A stretch of 63,858 nucleotides of DNA, filler included, from Octopus bimaculoides (taxonomy: Eukaryota), in the NCBI RefSeq assembly GCF_001194135.2. It is 4 parts of 3 records of this genome, joined end to end, with 100 filler letters (N's around TTAATTAATTAA, not from the genome) between each part and the next. Parts side by side here need not be neighbours in the genome. Positions count along the whole stretch, not along the records: positions 1 to 27,892 come from NC_068999.1; positions 27,993 to 56,250 come from NC_068981.1; 2 more parts are not named here. One strand, written 5' to 3'. Positions 26,620 to 40,415 of this stretch are shown here, piece after piece. The position numbers and the translations under genes were made by a program. Each line of letters begins with the position of its first letter. Position 1 is the first letter of the stretch. A model generated the notes under the pieces. That model saw only the letters and a program-made list of their open reading frames with translations. It searched no databases and was not told the origin of the DNA.

Positions 26620-27030
26620 CATCATCATCATCATCATCATCAATCATTTAACATCTGCTTGCATGGGTTAGATGGAGCTTTGTTGAGGCCGATTTTGTAC
26701 ACCTGATACCATTCCTGTCATCAACTCTCGTGTGTTTCCAGGTAATATTTCCCCTATGGCCAAACTTGTTTTTTACGGAAGATGAGAGTGAACAACATTA
26801 CTTGTGTGATGATGATGCCATCACATGATATCAAGACAAAGGTGTACTCCCTCTCTCTCACGCACACACACACACACACACACACATCAGGCTTCTTTCA
26901 GTTTTTGTTTACCAAATCCATTCACAAGGTTATAGCAGAGACACTTTCCCAAAGTACCTTGCAGTAGGATTGAACATGAAACCACACTGGTTGGGAAGCA
27001 AGGTTCTCAACCACACATTCACACTTGTTC
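26620..27030 (-). mobile_element. CORE-type SINE with tail type B
   Basis: Reverse-complement counterpart of 11995-12410. Confidence 0.7.
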
Positions 27031-27319
27031 CTGTACATTAAAATTGAACACAATTAACATATGTTTGTTTATATAAAAGGTTTTCTATAAAGTCTAAATC
27101 AATAACATTTAAATGTAATCTCTACCAACTCAAAATTTAATATGATTCTTTATAATTACCCAGCTAAGTCCACCAAGGCAGCTATTTTTAACAATATGGC
27201 CCTTTCAGCTATAACCATTATATATTGTTCCCTTTGCAATTTAAATAGTTGGAATATAACTTTGAACTTAGCAGCCAAACCATTATATTTAATTTAGACA
27301 TGAACTCACCAACAATCAT

Positions 27320-27892
27320 CATTATTATCTAATGTCCGTTTTCCATGCTGGCATGGGTTGGACGATTTGACAGGAACTGGCAAGGCCAGGGGCCGTGCCA
27401 AGTCCCATCATTTGTTCTGGCTTGGTGTCTATTGCTGGATGCCCTTCCTAATGCCAACCATTTTACAGAGTGTACTGAGTGCTTTTTACATGGCATCATC
27501 ACCGGTGCTTTTTATGTGGCACCAGCACCCACACCAATGCTTTCTATGTGGCACCTTGGTTTTAGGATCTCAATTCTGTTGTGTTGTGGTAGATAGGTCT
27601 TCTTAAGTACAGTAATGTGCCACATGTCTTGGTCCTCTGTCATCTCCACCCTCTATTCATCAAATATCATCATCATCATCGTTTAACGTCCGCTTTCCAT
27701 GCTAGCATGGGTTGGACGATTTGACTGAGGACTGGTGAAACCGGATGGCAACACCAGGCTCCAGTCTGATTTGGCAGAGTTTCTACAGCTGGATGCCCTT
27801 CCTAACGCCAACCACTCAGAGAGTGTAGTGGGTGCTTTTACGTGTCACCCGCACGAAAACGGCCACGCTCGAAATGGTGTCTTTTATGTGCC
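27320..27892 (-). mobile_element. Two adjacent (GAT)n-tailed repeat copies (~27320-27640 and ~27665-27892)
   Basis: Both begin ...aatgtccg/aacgtccg..ttccatgct.gcatgggttggacgatttgac. The second is CpG-rich and runs into a gap. Confidence 0.8.
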
Positions 27893-27992
27893 NNNNNNNN
27901 NNNNNNNNNNNNNNNNNNNNNNNNNNNNNNNNNNNNTTAATTAATTAANNNNNNNNNNNNNNNNNNNNNNNNNNNNNNNNNNNNNNNNNNNN
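27893..27992. other. Artificial 100-bp scaffold gap (44N + TTAATTAATTAA + 44N); also at 56251-56350 and 61099-61198
   Basis: Identical layout three times. The 12-mer gives a stop codon in all six frames. Confidence 0.9.
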
Positions 27993-28351
27993 TGTACTCT
28001 GTAAGTTTCATATTCAGTTTTGGACGTTGGTAGCGCAGGGCTTGGAATTTTTCAGCATTAAACTGCATATTATTGTCCTCAGCCCATCTGTAAACTGAGT
28101 CCAATTCCTGCTGCAGGTGTGCAACATCACTGGAGTTCTGTATTTTCTGCGAGACTTTTGTATCGTCTGCGTAGCTTGCAAGAGTGGCTATCCGGGCACT
28201 TCAAGGCATATCTGAGAGAGCGACTATAAAAAGCAATGGTCCCAAGACAGTACCCTGTGGAACACTGCTCATTATTTGTGTTTCCATAGAGGTGGCTCCA
28301 TTAGCCACTACTGCCTGACTTCTATCTTTCAGAAAGTCATGTAACCACTCT
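27993..28351 (-). mobile_element. CR1/Jockey-superfamily LINE RT core fragment
   Basis: WLHDFLKDRSQAVVANG...SSVPQGTVLGPLLFIVALSDMP, then TLASYADDTK after a frameshift. Truncated at a (TA)n tract. Confidence 0.9.
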
Positions 28352-29242
28352 ATATATATATATATATATTCCCTTATCACTTCGGTTCCCTCAAAATTCT
28401 GTGCGCCTGACATCCTTTGTTGCCTACTGTTTGATGCATGCATTCTGTTTTTACTCATTCTATACCATCATATCAACTTGATTCTCCAAACCGCTGTGCC
28501 TGTTCCGTACCTTCTAATCTCCCATTCATCTCTTCTAGTCTCACTTTCATATCAACCGTGATTGAGAGGAAATTATTGTTCATGTCTATTATGTATCTCT
28601 TTATCCCATACCTCTTCCATCTTCTGTATCCTGCATCATTATCTCCCTTTCACTTTTCACGTCACGTGCTTCAGAGTAGAGGGAATGCATACTGACAACT
28701 TTTTTCCCATCCACTTGCAATGTTTGTGTCACCCATTCGGTGTAAAGGTACACGATAACAACAAAAGAGCTGGCTCCATGAAATATACAGCGTACACTCT
28801 GCCGTGCTTGGTAATCGTTACAAATGTTGGCAACGTAGGGATTGAGAGGGATTTTTTTGTCTTGATGAAAATAAACAAAACCTCTGGTGCTGGTGTCACG
28901 ATAAAAGGCATTCAGTAAAGAGGCTGTTTTTAAGAAGGACAATAGAGGAAGATGTGACTCTCTCACACACTGAATCTTATACAAAAGGACATAAAATGAA
29001 GATGATGATGATGATGATGATGACGACGACCACCACCACCACCATGATGGCAGGATGACTTCAAACATGTAGATTATAACGTTGATGAGAAGGATGTACT
29101 GCCTTTGATGATTAAATTCGCAGCAACTGAAGTTTATCAACTTCAATGAAACTGTGGACATATGTATTTATCATCTACCACACTTTCTCCCACAGTCTCC
29201 CTCTCTCTCATTCCTCCTCTCTCTCTCTCTCTCTCTCTCTCC

Positions 29243-29279
<37 letters not shown>

Positions 29280-29371
29280 GCTCTCTCCCTCTCCTTAGAT
29301 CCATAGAGTTATGTATGTATGTATGTGTGTGCGTATGCGTGCCTGCGCGCTCGCTCGTGTACGTATGTATG

Positions 29372-29403
<32 letters not shown>

Positions 29404-29414
29404 TATGTATGTAT

Positions 29415-29960
29415 TCATCAAAGGATTTCAAAAGCAACCGCTGCTTTCAGCAATCTTGATTAACGAGTGTGGAACGACAGCTGAATCACACTTACCCCGA
29501 AGCATTCATGTATAGGAGGTGTGTTTTTAGCTGCCTACTGAATGCTTCAGAAACATGGACCACCTATCGTCAAACTTTTTAAGGCACATACTGAAGATAA
29601 AATAACAGACAAAGACCCCGGCACCAACGCACAACATTGAAACAATCATTATTAGTATTCTTGAGGCAGGGATTCCAAACCAAGTTCTTTACGGCGAACT
29701 AACTCTAAATAAGCGCCCGCAGCATAAATCCGAGAAGAGATATAAAAATATAATGAAAGATAACCTGAAACATTTGAACATAGAAAATAAAGATTGGGAA
29801 ATATTTGTAGCTGACCGAACGAATTGGCGTGGTACAGTCAAGAAAGTTAGTGAAAGACTTGAAATTATCAGGATTTAGTTCGCAAAAATGAAACGGGTTA
29901 TTTGAAATCTGGAATGTCTGCCTAGAGACTTTGAGGGAGAATTCATGTACGTTCATTGGA
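29415..29960 (+). mobile_element. Degenerate RTE LINE 3' fragment
   Basis: KATAAF, SETWTTYR, and GIPNQVLYGELTLNKRPQHKSEKRYK...ADRTNWRGTV. Confidence 0.85.
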
Positions 29961-30253
29961 TTAGTTAGTCATGAGCGGTCACATAGCGTTGGATAAAATG
30001 ATGACTAATATGTACCTTCCAGGCACAAAACAAAACACCTGCCCACATCGTAGCAATAGTATTAAGCTTATTGGGGCCCTGAAGAGGAATTTACGAAAAT
30101 TCACCCGCACCGCTAGTCGAAAATCCATCAACGATTTGCCAAATTTGCAGGAAGGAATGCAGAACATGGTATGCTTGCGCAAGTGTGCGCGTGCAGGGTT
30201 TAGAGAAAAATATTTGAAAGGATATGGCCATCTTCTCTCAAGAAGTGGCAAAA

Positions 30254-30288
<35 letters not shown>

Positions 30289-31015
30289 AATTCTCTAAAT
30301 GAAGTATTAACAGTAACTGCACGATAAAGTGTAGTATATTGCCACTTAAGTGTGGCTGACCCCTAGGGGTGGATGTTNNNNNNNNNNNNNNNNNNNNNNN
30401 NNNNNNNNNNNNNNNNNNNNNNNNNNNNNNNNNNNNNNNNNNNNNNNNNNNNNNNNNNNNNNNNNNNNNNNNNNNNNNNNNNNNNNNNNNNNNNNNNNNN
30501 NNNNNNNNNNNNNNNNNNNNNNNNNNNNNNNNNNNNNNNNNNNNNNNNNNNNNNNNNNNNNNNNNNNNNNNNNNNNNNNNNNNNNNNNNNNNNNNNNNNN
30601 NNNNNNNNNNNNNNNNNNNNNNNNNNNNNNNNNNNNNNNNNNNNNNNNNNNNNNNNNNNNNNNNNNNNNNNNNNNNATGTTAATTCTCTAAATGAAGTAT
30701 TAACAGTAACTGCACGATAAAGTGTAGTATATTGCCACTTAAGTGTGGCTGACCCCTAGGGGTGGATGTTACTGTTGCTTTTAGCCCCAGGAGGACATCT
30801 CCTCCAGCTGGCTTATATATATATATATACAGAGTGAGAAAGAGAAAGACAGACAGAGACAAACAGACAGACTGATAGATAGCTAGATAGATAGATACAT
30901 AGTGATAGAGAGATATACGGGGTTGGGTGTGGATATCTGTATGTGTGTTTATGCCTGTGTTTGTCCCCTACCAGCTCTTTACAACTGATGTTAGTGTGTT
31001 TACGTCACTGGAACT

Positions 31016-31870
31016 TAGTAGACATCCGTCAGCCTCGAGCGACCATGGATCTGCGCCCGAAGAAATATGTGTTAGCTGCTGATTGTGGTGCAGCATGTGC
31101 TGTGGCTGTAGAGGCCCACACAGGAGTTGTAGTCTTGCATACAGCGATTGCATTTGGTGGGCCTCTCTGCCGATGCTGCTGTTAATTCCTTCTGTCGAGT
31201 GCGCTTTTCTTGCGGGACTGTTCCCTTTTCCCAGCACTGCCACAGTAGCTTCAGCAAGTGACTAAATAGAATTCTCCTTGCACACCTGATAATCATTGGT
31301 GGGAAGCCGTCCAAACCCGGTGCTTTTCCAGTGGACAAACCATCAATGACTCTGCTCAGTTCCTCAGCAGTTGGCAGTGTGTCCAGCTCCTTCCTGACGG
31401 GTAGGTGACCTACTGTGTCTAGCGCGGTGTTCGAGATGTTGCTCTCCTTGGCTTAGAGTTCGGAATAATGTTCCACTCATCTCTCCAGTTGCTAATCTCA
31501 ATGCTTGCAGCGTTACCCTGCTGGGTTCGTGTTCGTGCTTCAGCAGGGCATCACAATTCTCCTTCATGGGCATATTGTGCTCTTTCACACTTAACTTAAT
31601 CCAGTATTGTGTCATTTTTCTTCTTCTCCCAAAGCCCTCTGCACAGTGCTATGGATGATGTCTCTGAGAGAGCTTCATCTCTGCTGGACATTGCTTTCCG
31701 GTGGGTCTGCAAGGACGGCATCTTCCAATGTCTTGTGGAATTCATGTCTTAGCTGGCTGTCTGTTTGTTTTTCTTGGTGAAGTGTTTACAGCTTAGTTTC
31801 CCTAAATCCCACGTATCCAGTGGAGCAATGGTCTGTGACAGGACAACACCTAACTGGCTGGGAGCTGTTC
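31016..31870 (-). mobile_element. Internally deleted RTE LINE (RT core removed)
   Basis: GKAPGLDGFPP...CWEKGTVPQ fused in frame to EKRTRQKE...KCNRCMQDYNSCVGLYSHSTCC, followed by an RTE-type 3' end (gggcgcagatccatggtcgctcgaggctgacggatg). Confidence 0.85.
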
Positions 31871-32946
31871 AACTTGAGGCAGGTGATAGCTGTCTAGTTA
31901 GGGACAATGGCCTCTCCCTCTGCCGAAAACAGCACCTGACGCCTTGCCCTTACGCCAATTATATGCTGGCTTGAAACCGGTAGATTTCTCCTTTACGTAT
32001 TTGCGTATTCTACCCTCTCCACCGCCACCAGTGTTGTCCAAGGGAAGGGTGATGGGGCCAAATCGACTTTGCACCAGTGGGACCACATGAGTTACCAGAA
32101 CTAGTAGCCAAAAGTGGTCTATAGAGTATGTACCAGGCTTTAAAAGAGAATGATCTGGAGTCGAGTCATTCGACTGAAATGTGGTGCCCCATCATGGCTA
32201 TAGTCTAATCACTAAAACATATAAATGATAAAAGCTATACAACACACTCACACACGCACATATATATATATATATGTATATATATGTATATATATATATN
32301 NNNNNNNNNNNNNNNNNNNNNNNNNNNNNNNNNNNNNNNNNNNNNNNNNNNNNNNNNNNNNNNNNNNNNNNNNNNNNNNNNNNNNNNNNNNNNNNNNNNN
32401 NNNNNNNNNNNNNNNNNNNNNNNNNNNNNNNNNNNNNNNNNNNNNNNNNNNNNNNNNNNNNNNNNNNNNNNNNNNNNNNNNNNNNNNNNNNNNNNNNNNN
32501 NNNNNNNNNNNNNNNNNNNNNNNNNNNNNNNNNNNNNNNNNNNNNNNNNNNNNNNNNNNNNNNNNNNNNNNNNNNNNNNNNNNNNNNNNNNNNNNNNNNN
32601 NNNNNNNNNNNNNNNNNNNNNNNNNNNNNNNNNNNNNNNNNNNNNNNNNNNNNNNNNNNNNNNNNNNNNNNNNNNNNNNNNNNNNNNNNNNNNNNNNNNN
32701 NNNNNNNNNNNNNNNNNNNNNNNNNNNNNNNNNNNNNNNNNNNNNNNNNNNNNNNNNNNNNNNNNNNNNNNNNNNNNNNNNNNNNNNNNNNNNNNNNNNN
32801 NNNNNNNNNNNNNNNNNNNNNNNNNNNNNNNNNNNNNNNNNNNNNNNNNNNNNNNNNNNNNNNNNNNNNNNNNNNNNNNNNNNNNNNNNNNNNNNNNNNN
32901 NNNNNNNNNNNNNNNNNNNNNNNNNNNNNNNNNNNNNNNNNNNNNN

Positions 32947-32984
<38 letters not shown>

Positions 32985-34400
32985 TATGTATTTATACACA
33001 TGTGTGTGCGTGTGTATATATGTGTATATACATACATACGAGCGCAAATACACACACACATATGCATTCATATATATATAGACTCATAAATAATTTCCTA
33101 AATACATGTTTATCTATAAGTCATTCATTCAGGTCATATATCAATATTTATCTACGATTTTCAATACATGTGGATTATATGAAGTGGAGATAATATCTCA
33201 AATATAGAAGTCTATCTGTTATATAGTGACATTATATTACCCATAATTTATATTTTAAGTCTAGGTGGACAAGTATATTTCACTAACTGTTAGTCTAGCT
33301 TAAGTATGCGGCAACGAGATTTGGCATCGGCAAACACCTTCGTCTCTGGAAGAGCTAATATTTCTAATGGAACACTAATATAACATGGAAACATGTTTAT
33401 CAAGAGAATTGCGACATCAGTTTGATACAAGAACTAAATAGAGATGGCGAATTGGGAAAGAAGCCAACACTATCAACTTAATTGTTTTTTTCCTTGATAA
33501 CAATCAATCGAGTAGTTTTGGAGAGTGGACATTTTCTTTGTAATATAGAATTGACTCGAACAGATGATGAATGAGTAGAACTATCTAGGAAGTAAATCTC
33601 CTGTTGCAATAATCTAGCGCCGAATTTAACGGAGAAAACAGACACGTAAAAATATATATCAACAAACATTGGTGGAATAAAAACAATTTGGCCGATTTTA
33701 TAAAATGGCATTGCAGAAGAAAATAAATTAAAGAGGATACGTCCACGTTGATCGCTTACAATGTTGCATTAACAAATTGCACAAAGATTCAATATGAGAT
33801 TTCATGACTTTCTCAGACTAACAGTGACGTTTCTCCTTGAGAAACAATGGCACCGCACTGCGTAGGGAAAACTACTACATAACGTAGTCGTAAATTTAAT
33901 CTATAACCAGTGTGCCACGTTTTTCCCTTTTGATAATTTAATTATAATAGAGAAGCAAGCAAAAAGGTTGTTTTACATTATTGTAGTAATTCTCCCCTTT
34001 AATGTTAAACTATATGGCCTCCTTTAACGCTAATTTCCAAGTACATTGATGCCTGATAGAGAAAAATGTCAATTTCTCACACAAGAAAATACATTTAAAA
34101 CTTTTTTTGTTTATATTTCATTTTTTAATAAAATGTTCTCATAATATGGATTCTCACGTTAATCGCTTTGAATTTAATTATATATCCCTTCACTTTTTTA
34201 ATGTTTGTTCATGTATATCAGTTTATTTTTGCAACAAGTACTGGGAAACGTGTTCAAAGATAAAATATACACTTTTTCTTTATTTTTTCCTTCTGTGTTC
34301 ATATATCTGGTGAAAGACAACATAGCTCAGTTTATTACAATTTCTTTTACATCTAAATTAAAATCTGGTAATACATATACACCCAGACACTCTTGCACCC

Positions 34401-34442
<42 letters not shown>

Positions 34443-34483
34443 CACACATATGCACATATATATCTTTATATATATATATATAC

Positions 34484-34524
<41 letters not shown>

Positions 34525-34678
34525 TGCATATATATACATATTAAAATTTATAGATACACACCACATATACACAAACGAACACACACACACACACACACAC
34601 ACAAGAGCACACACACACATATATATGTATTGATGTGTATGCATATACGCTTATTATTATTATTACTATTATTATTGC

Positions 34679-34755
<77 letters not shown>

Positions 34756-35295
34756 GGAGAGAGAGAGAGAGAGGGGGAGAGAGAGAGAAAGAGAGAGTGG
34801 AACTAGCACGCTATCTACAATATGGCGTATTTGGGATGGCACTGGCTTATATAGAATTTATGCTTTTGAAAGGGAAATAAATGCTGAAATACTTTAAAAC
34901 TGACGGGATAAGTTACGAAGAAATTTTATGATTTCCTGACTTACAGGAGTAGCAGTCTTTATTTAGACCTAGATCATCTTTACACCCAATTTTGAAATCG
35001 ATAGCAAACGTAGAATGCCTGTTCTGTGAATTAAGAGTTTAGTTGCCGACTTTTAGGGTAAAAATGTTGAAACGTCTGTCAGCTGTTGTGAACGATTGAG
35101 AGATAATATTACCAACTTATAAAACTAAGTGAAATTTACCTTACTTAGTTTGATTGAAAAATCACTGCCCCCTCGGACACTGCCATCTTATGCATGTGTG
35201 CTTATCTCTCTCTCTCCCTAGCTCTCTCTCTCTCTCTCTTTCTTTCTCTCTGTCTCTCTGTCTCTCTGTCTTCCAAATACTCAAACTTACACACA

Positions 35296-35337
<42 letters not shown>

Positions 35338-36719
35338 AAAACCAGTGTATATTTAAATTATTTTTGTATGTCCTTTTGCTGCCGTCAGTCTCCGTCCGGG
35401 AAAGCTCCCTATAAGACGTCGTATGTTAAGGAATACTGAAAATATCAGACCAGGGGAGAAAACCCACCTCGAATGACCGACAATTCGTAAATATCGATAT
35501 GACACTATTCTTCTAGTTCGCCAATACCATATGCTCGGATCACTTCAAAACGTAGTGAATGGCTGGTCTGAGATTTATATGCAGATAGATTGAAGGAAGA
35601 ATATCTACAATTCTCGGCAATAAGAAACGAGATGTTTTCCTCCATCTTGGATATTCGTTGTCATTTATGGTGCTTTCTGCTGACATTTTCATGCAGCAAA
35701 TGCGTAGCGGATACACAAAACCCGTATGTGGGACCGATAATGTTTACCATATTAGAGCTTCTTTTAGCTTGTAATATGTGTGTGTGTATCCATATGCGTG
35801 TGTATGTATATATATATTTATGTATGTGTTTATGTGTGTACATATATTTGCATGTGTGCATATAACTATGTACACATATATACGTGTGTGTGAGTGTACG
35901 ATTATTTGTATACGTGTATTCGTGTAACGTTGCATGTGTGTATAATGCGTCAGGGAGTGAAGCACCCCTTTAGTATGAATTCAAACCACTATCCTCAGCT
36001 TTCGGCTCTACTCAGAGTCAGGTATAAAGTGTGAAGTATCCTAAAAGCGATTTTGCCTTCTTGGAATACTGAGAGCGAATATTTTCATATTTGTTGCATC
36101 TATCAACTGTTGTCCTCAAGAAAGATTTGCGTTTCCCTGAGAAAATATCACTCGAAATGTTCAAAAGGTTTGCTCACCTTCACAGAAACATTAATGTTAT
36201 TCGCCTTCTTGATTATGCACATTCACGAATTTAAAGAGATGCTTTGACTGAAACGCTTAAATATTTATACAAGCAGTAAAAGAAACGAAAGCTTGCGCAT
36301 AATGAGGCTGTCTTTGTTATTTTCAGGAGATTAAAAGAAATCATAATTATAATGAAAATAATCCATATTTAACTGCTTCCAACCAACTGACTACAGCCTT
36401 GCCTGCCACTGCCATACAACTTTTGTCTAGCTTTTAAATTGTCATTGTGTTCTCTTGTCTGGTTTAGCTTGAAAGATACAAGTCAGACATGTGGCCTCTC
36501 CTCGTCTCAATTTATTTTTTCTCAATTTTAAAAACTAGCGTGTTCAATCCAATTGTTTTGTTTTCGGATAAGTTTCGGCAATAGCTGGAACAATTCCATA
36601 GCTATTCGGTAGCATTAAGTGTGTTCCCCCTACGATTGTGTAATATATACGAGTGGGGAAGTGGTTCGTGAACGCTTTGTCTAATTATAATGTTTCATGC
36701 GTTTCGGTAATTGTAAAAT

Positions 36720-36950
36720 ATAAAGTTGCAGATTAAACTTTCGTTATGTTAATGTCTTTAGATTTATGCTTTCCAGAGAGAACATTAGGAGTGTGTAGCC
36801 AAAGAATGCTGAGGTTTAATTCTATCCGTTCGTGTGTAATGTGTCCATTGATGTCTATTTCGTTATTATCTGGAAGTTTTGACCCAAGTAATAAATTTTC
36901 AAGATTAAATGTTCTCATGTTTCCCATTAGTACCTGCAGATGAAAGGTTT
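36720..36950 (-). mobile_element. Possible LINE APE-endonuclease N-terminal relic
   Basis: GNMRTFN...NEIDINGHITHERI loosely resembles 'WNVRTL...IDI.GIQEHR'. Confidence 0.3.
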
Positions 36951-37260
36951 TTGCAGATGTTTATGGTTTTATAACAAGAGCTCGATTGTAGTTTTATTGC
37001 CACCTACAGCATTCTGTGGATTTGGTTGGAATAATTTCTCCAGTTTTGTTTTTATTATTGTTCTTTGCTACTTGCTTGATTCAGTGGGATATGCTGCTAT
37101 GTTATTAGACGAAAATGTAAGTAAAATTTTCAGTCAATGAACCATGTGCTAATATTTGGTGGTGTTTGTGACGAGAAACAGTTTTTACTGAAGAACAAGA
37201 ACAACGGACCGATTCGTGATATTCTTAGCATTTTATATTCATAAATACGTACGAATATAA

Positions 37261-37313
<53 letters not shown>

Positions 37314-38654
37314 ATTTATATATATATATATATAAATATATATTCACACACGCGCACGCGCACATATAGATGTGTATGAGTTATTTCATGCACAGCTTTC
37401 ATTACGGTGCCCTCCCTTTATAATCTTTGTCGACGAAAGATCGCAGTGAGTTCCTTTCGGTATATCTGCTAAGTATCATTTTATTCATTGGTGCCAAACA
37501 GTGTTAATGACAGAGATGATGAGTTTACTTGGTACACCCTCTAACACAAGTCTTCCATTCTCATAGTAGAGTGCAGCTCTACTCCGCCAGTCATGCACCT
37601 ATAGTTTCTGTTTCGTTTTTTTTTGTTGTTTTTTTTGCCACTCAAGATCCCGTGTTAGCTTTTCCCTTTCATATTCCTCATACAAATAACCATCATATCC
37701 ACGAGGAAGATGCTGATGTACCTTCCTCTACCTAATGGTTAATATGTAAAGAAATATGCAATAAAACAATCACAGGCACTAGTATGAACACTAAAACTAT
37801 CCCTTCTATGTCAGATGATCCGAAAAATAAATTGTTTCTTGCCGATAGCCATAACTATCAAACCAATGAGAGTCATTGTGTGTTACGAGTTTACGTGGTT
37901 CACTAGGCTACATAAATGTTATATTAGTATAAATTAACAGCTTTATATCATCACATATCACATAAATATCACAAGTAATTTCTTAATAGTGTAAACCTGG
38001 CATTTATCTCCCAAATTAATATATATAAATTATATAATTGTTTATAAATCTTACTAATTAAGTTGTACTTTAGAATTATTCACATTTGGGATTAATTATT
38101 ACCATGAATATTCAAATTATATGCGTAAAGCTCAACGCTATATTAAACGGTAATAAAACTGCATATGACTTAGTGATTAACTGAGAATGAAACACTGTAA
38201 CATTCTTTATTGATATGCTTTATTGCAGTAAAACTATGTAAACTTATTTGGCAGGATGACAGACAAATTCTTTGGTCTCCTACATTAGTGGTGGTTAACG
38301 TATTCTATCAAATATACATACGTACATTTAAGTGCACGTACACACATGCACATTGATATCTACATACTTAGATATAAATATACATGTGTGTCTGTGTGCG
38401 TGTATACATATATATACGAGTTGACCCCCTGAGGATGTAATCATTTCTTAATATTTCGTGGGATTGGAAAATTGAATCTAGAATTAAAGACTAAGGAAAA
38501 AGGTGAATAAAACACAGATCTAACTGTTCTTTTCTAGTTTTTCTATCTTTTTATTTTCTGATGGTTACTTTTTACAATGCATTTAAAGTTTCTAATCAGT
38601 GGTAATCTTGTACAGCAATAATTTATTCTTATAAATATCCTATAATACGAATGG

Positions 38655-38820
38655 TTTCAAATTTTGCCAGAAGGCCAGCAATTTCTGAGGCGGGAATAAG
38701 TAGATTACCTCGGCCCCAGTGCTCAACTGGTACTTAATTTATCAACACCAAAAGGATGAAAAGCAAATTAGATCTCGGCGGAAATTGAACTCAGAACATA
38801 AAGACTGATGAAATGCTAAT
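38655..38820 (-). mobile_element. tRNA-derived SINE with Meta/Sauria-like central domain
   Basis: Reverse complement of ttcatccttttggtgttgataaattaagtaccagttgagcactgggg. Same family as the 46512 and 60542 copies. Confidence 0.75.
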
Positions 38821-40334
38821 AACCAATTAGTTCTGGTCTAATAAATCCGCGTTGAATTTACGAAAACAATTGTCGTTATTCTATCATCTCAATTTTCAAT
38901 AGTGTAGCGTTAAGACGTAAAAATATATGAATGCATTAAGAAATAATGAGAGTAAAATTAAATAACGCGTTCAAGAGAATATTTAATTAAAACTACTTTT
39001 AAAATTCCACGCTATGCTTGACATTGAGCTAGAATATAGATCACAGCAAAAATAATAATTACTTTTTCGTAAATACAATAGGTAAGAGCAATCATTCACC
39101 GTATTTTGAACTTTTGTACAACACTTAATTTTAAGCTGCTCAGAATTACTTATATCTCGAAAGAACAAAAAGGATAGGAATTATTGTATTGAAGAGAAAT
39201 GAGAAATCATATGCGATGCAATTATACAATATATTAATAAAACTTAAACGCTATGATTCGTTCTGGCTCAGGAGTTCAAAGTCTGCAGACGTTCTGCTTT
39301 ATCTTTGGTAAGTATTGGTCTTAAATAATGGGTTTGTGACAGACGTCGTTCATGTATAACGGATGTTACCCATGGAGTGGTTAGGTGTGGTTTCACATGA
39401 ACAAATAATTTTAAAGAAAATCATGCGTGTTTATGATATATAAAATGAGAGAGTTCTGTGTGTGCTTGTGTGTGTGTGTGCATTTGTGTAAATAGGAACA
39501 GATTTTCTTTTAAACATTTTAAAGTAAAGGAATCACTCATTTGGAATACTGTCTTTTTTATTATGGGATTTTAATATTTGTATAGTCCGTAATATTTATT
39601 TTAGAGGAGTAACATTCCTAAATCCATGATCAAATTTATGTTTTAAGATTATTTTAATGGTAAAACATTGCTCCCGACACAGGAAATCAAATTTCTTAAT
39701 CGCTGAAAAGAAACACTCACACCTGATCAGGTTTCGCTCTAAAATCTCCTTTTCCCCCCTTTGGCTTCAAGCAAGGCTATTCCCCAAAATACAAATAGTA
39801 AGCCCATGGTTCAGTTACCAAGTTAAGATTCTAATGTTTTCAGAGAGGGATACAGAATATAGAGAGAAATAATGGGTTATATCTGGATGTGATTCTGTCA
39901 AAGAAGCTGCTGCAATGCAAATGCAGTTTTGAATAATAGTTCCTCATACGGGTATATTGAGTGTATCGTGAAAAATATCCATTTAAAACAGTATACACCG
40001 GACATATTCGCCTAGAGAATTCTAACTATGTATCTATCGTACATTGGATGAACCTGATGACCATTGCAAGAAAGAACTTGAAAACAAGGGACATCGAAAT
40101 CAGAAGATTTAGCTGAATAATCAACAGATAAGTATTCTCATTCTTTACATCGGAGGGTTTTAAGAATTTCAAACATATCTATAGGCTATATTGCACCCAG
40201 GAAAACACAAAGGAGGTAGGGACGAAGCCATTATATGTTAGAGATATTTCTGAAGTGTTAGTTGCACATAAATCATAACAATACATGCATATGTGTGTGT
40301 GTGTGTTTGTGCGTGTATGTGTGTGTGTATGTGT

Positions 40335-40415
<81 letters not shown>

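Noticed and set aside
27937-27948. TTAATTAATTAA centred in gaps (also 56295-56306 and 61143-61154)
   Set aside because: Assembly linker giving stops in all six frames, not biological.
30284-30770. Identical 94-bp direct repeat on both sides of the gap (30284-30377, 30677-30770)
   Set aside because: Exact identity abutting Ns indicates a contig-overlap artefact rather than LTRs.
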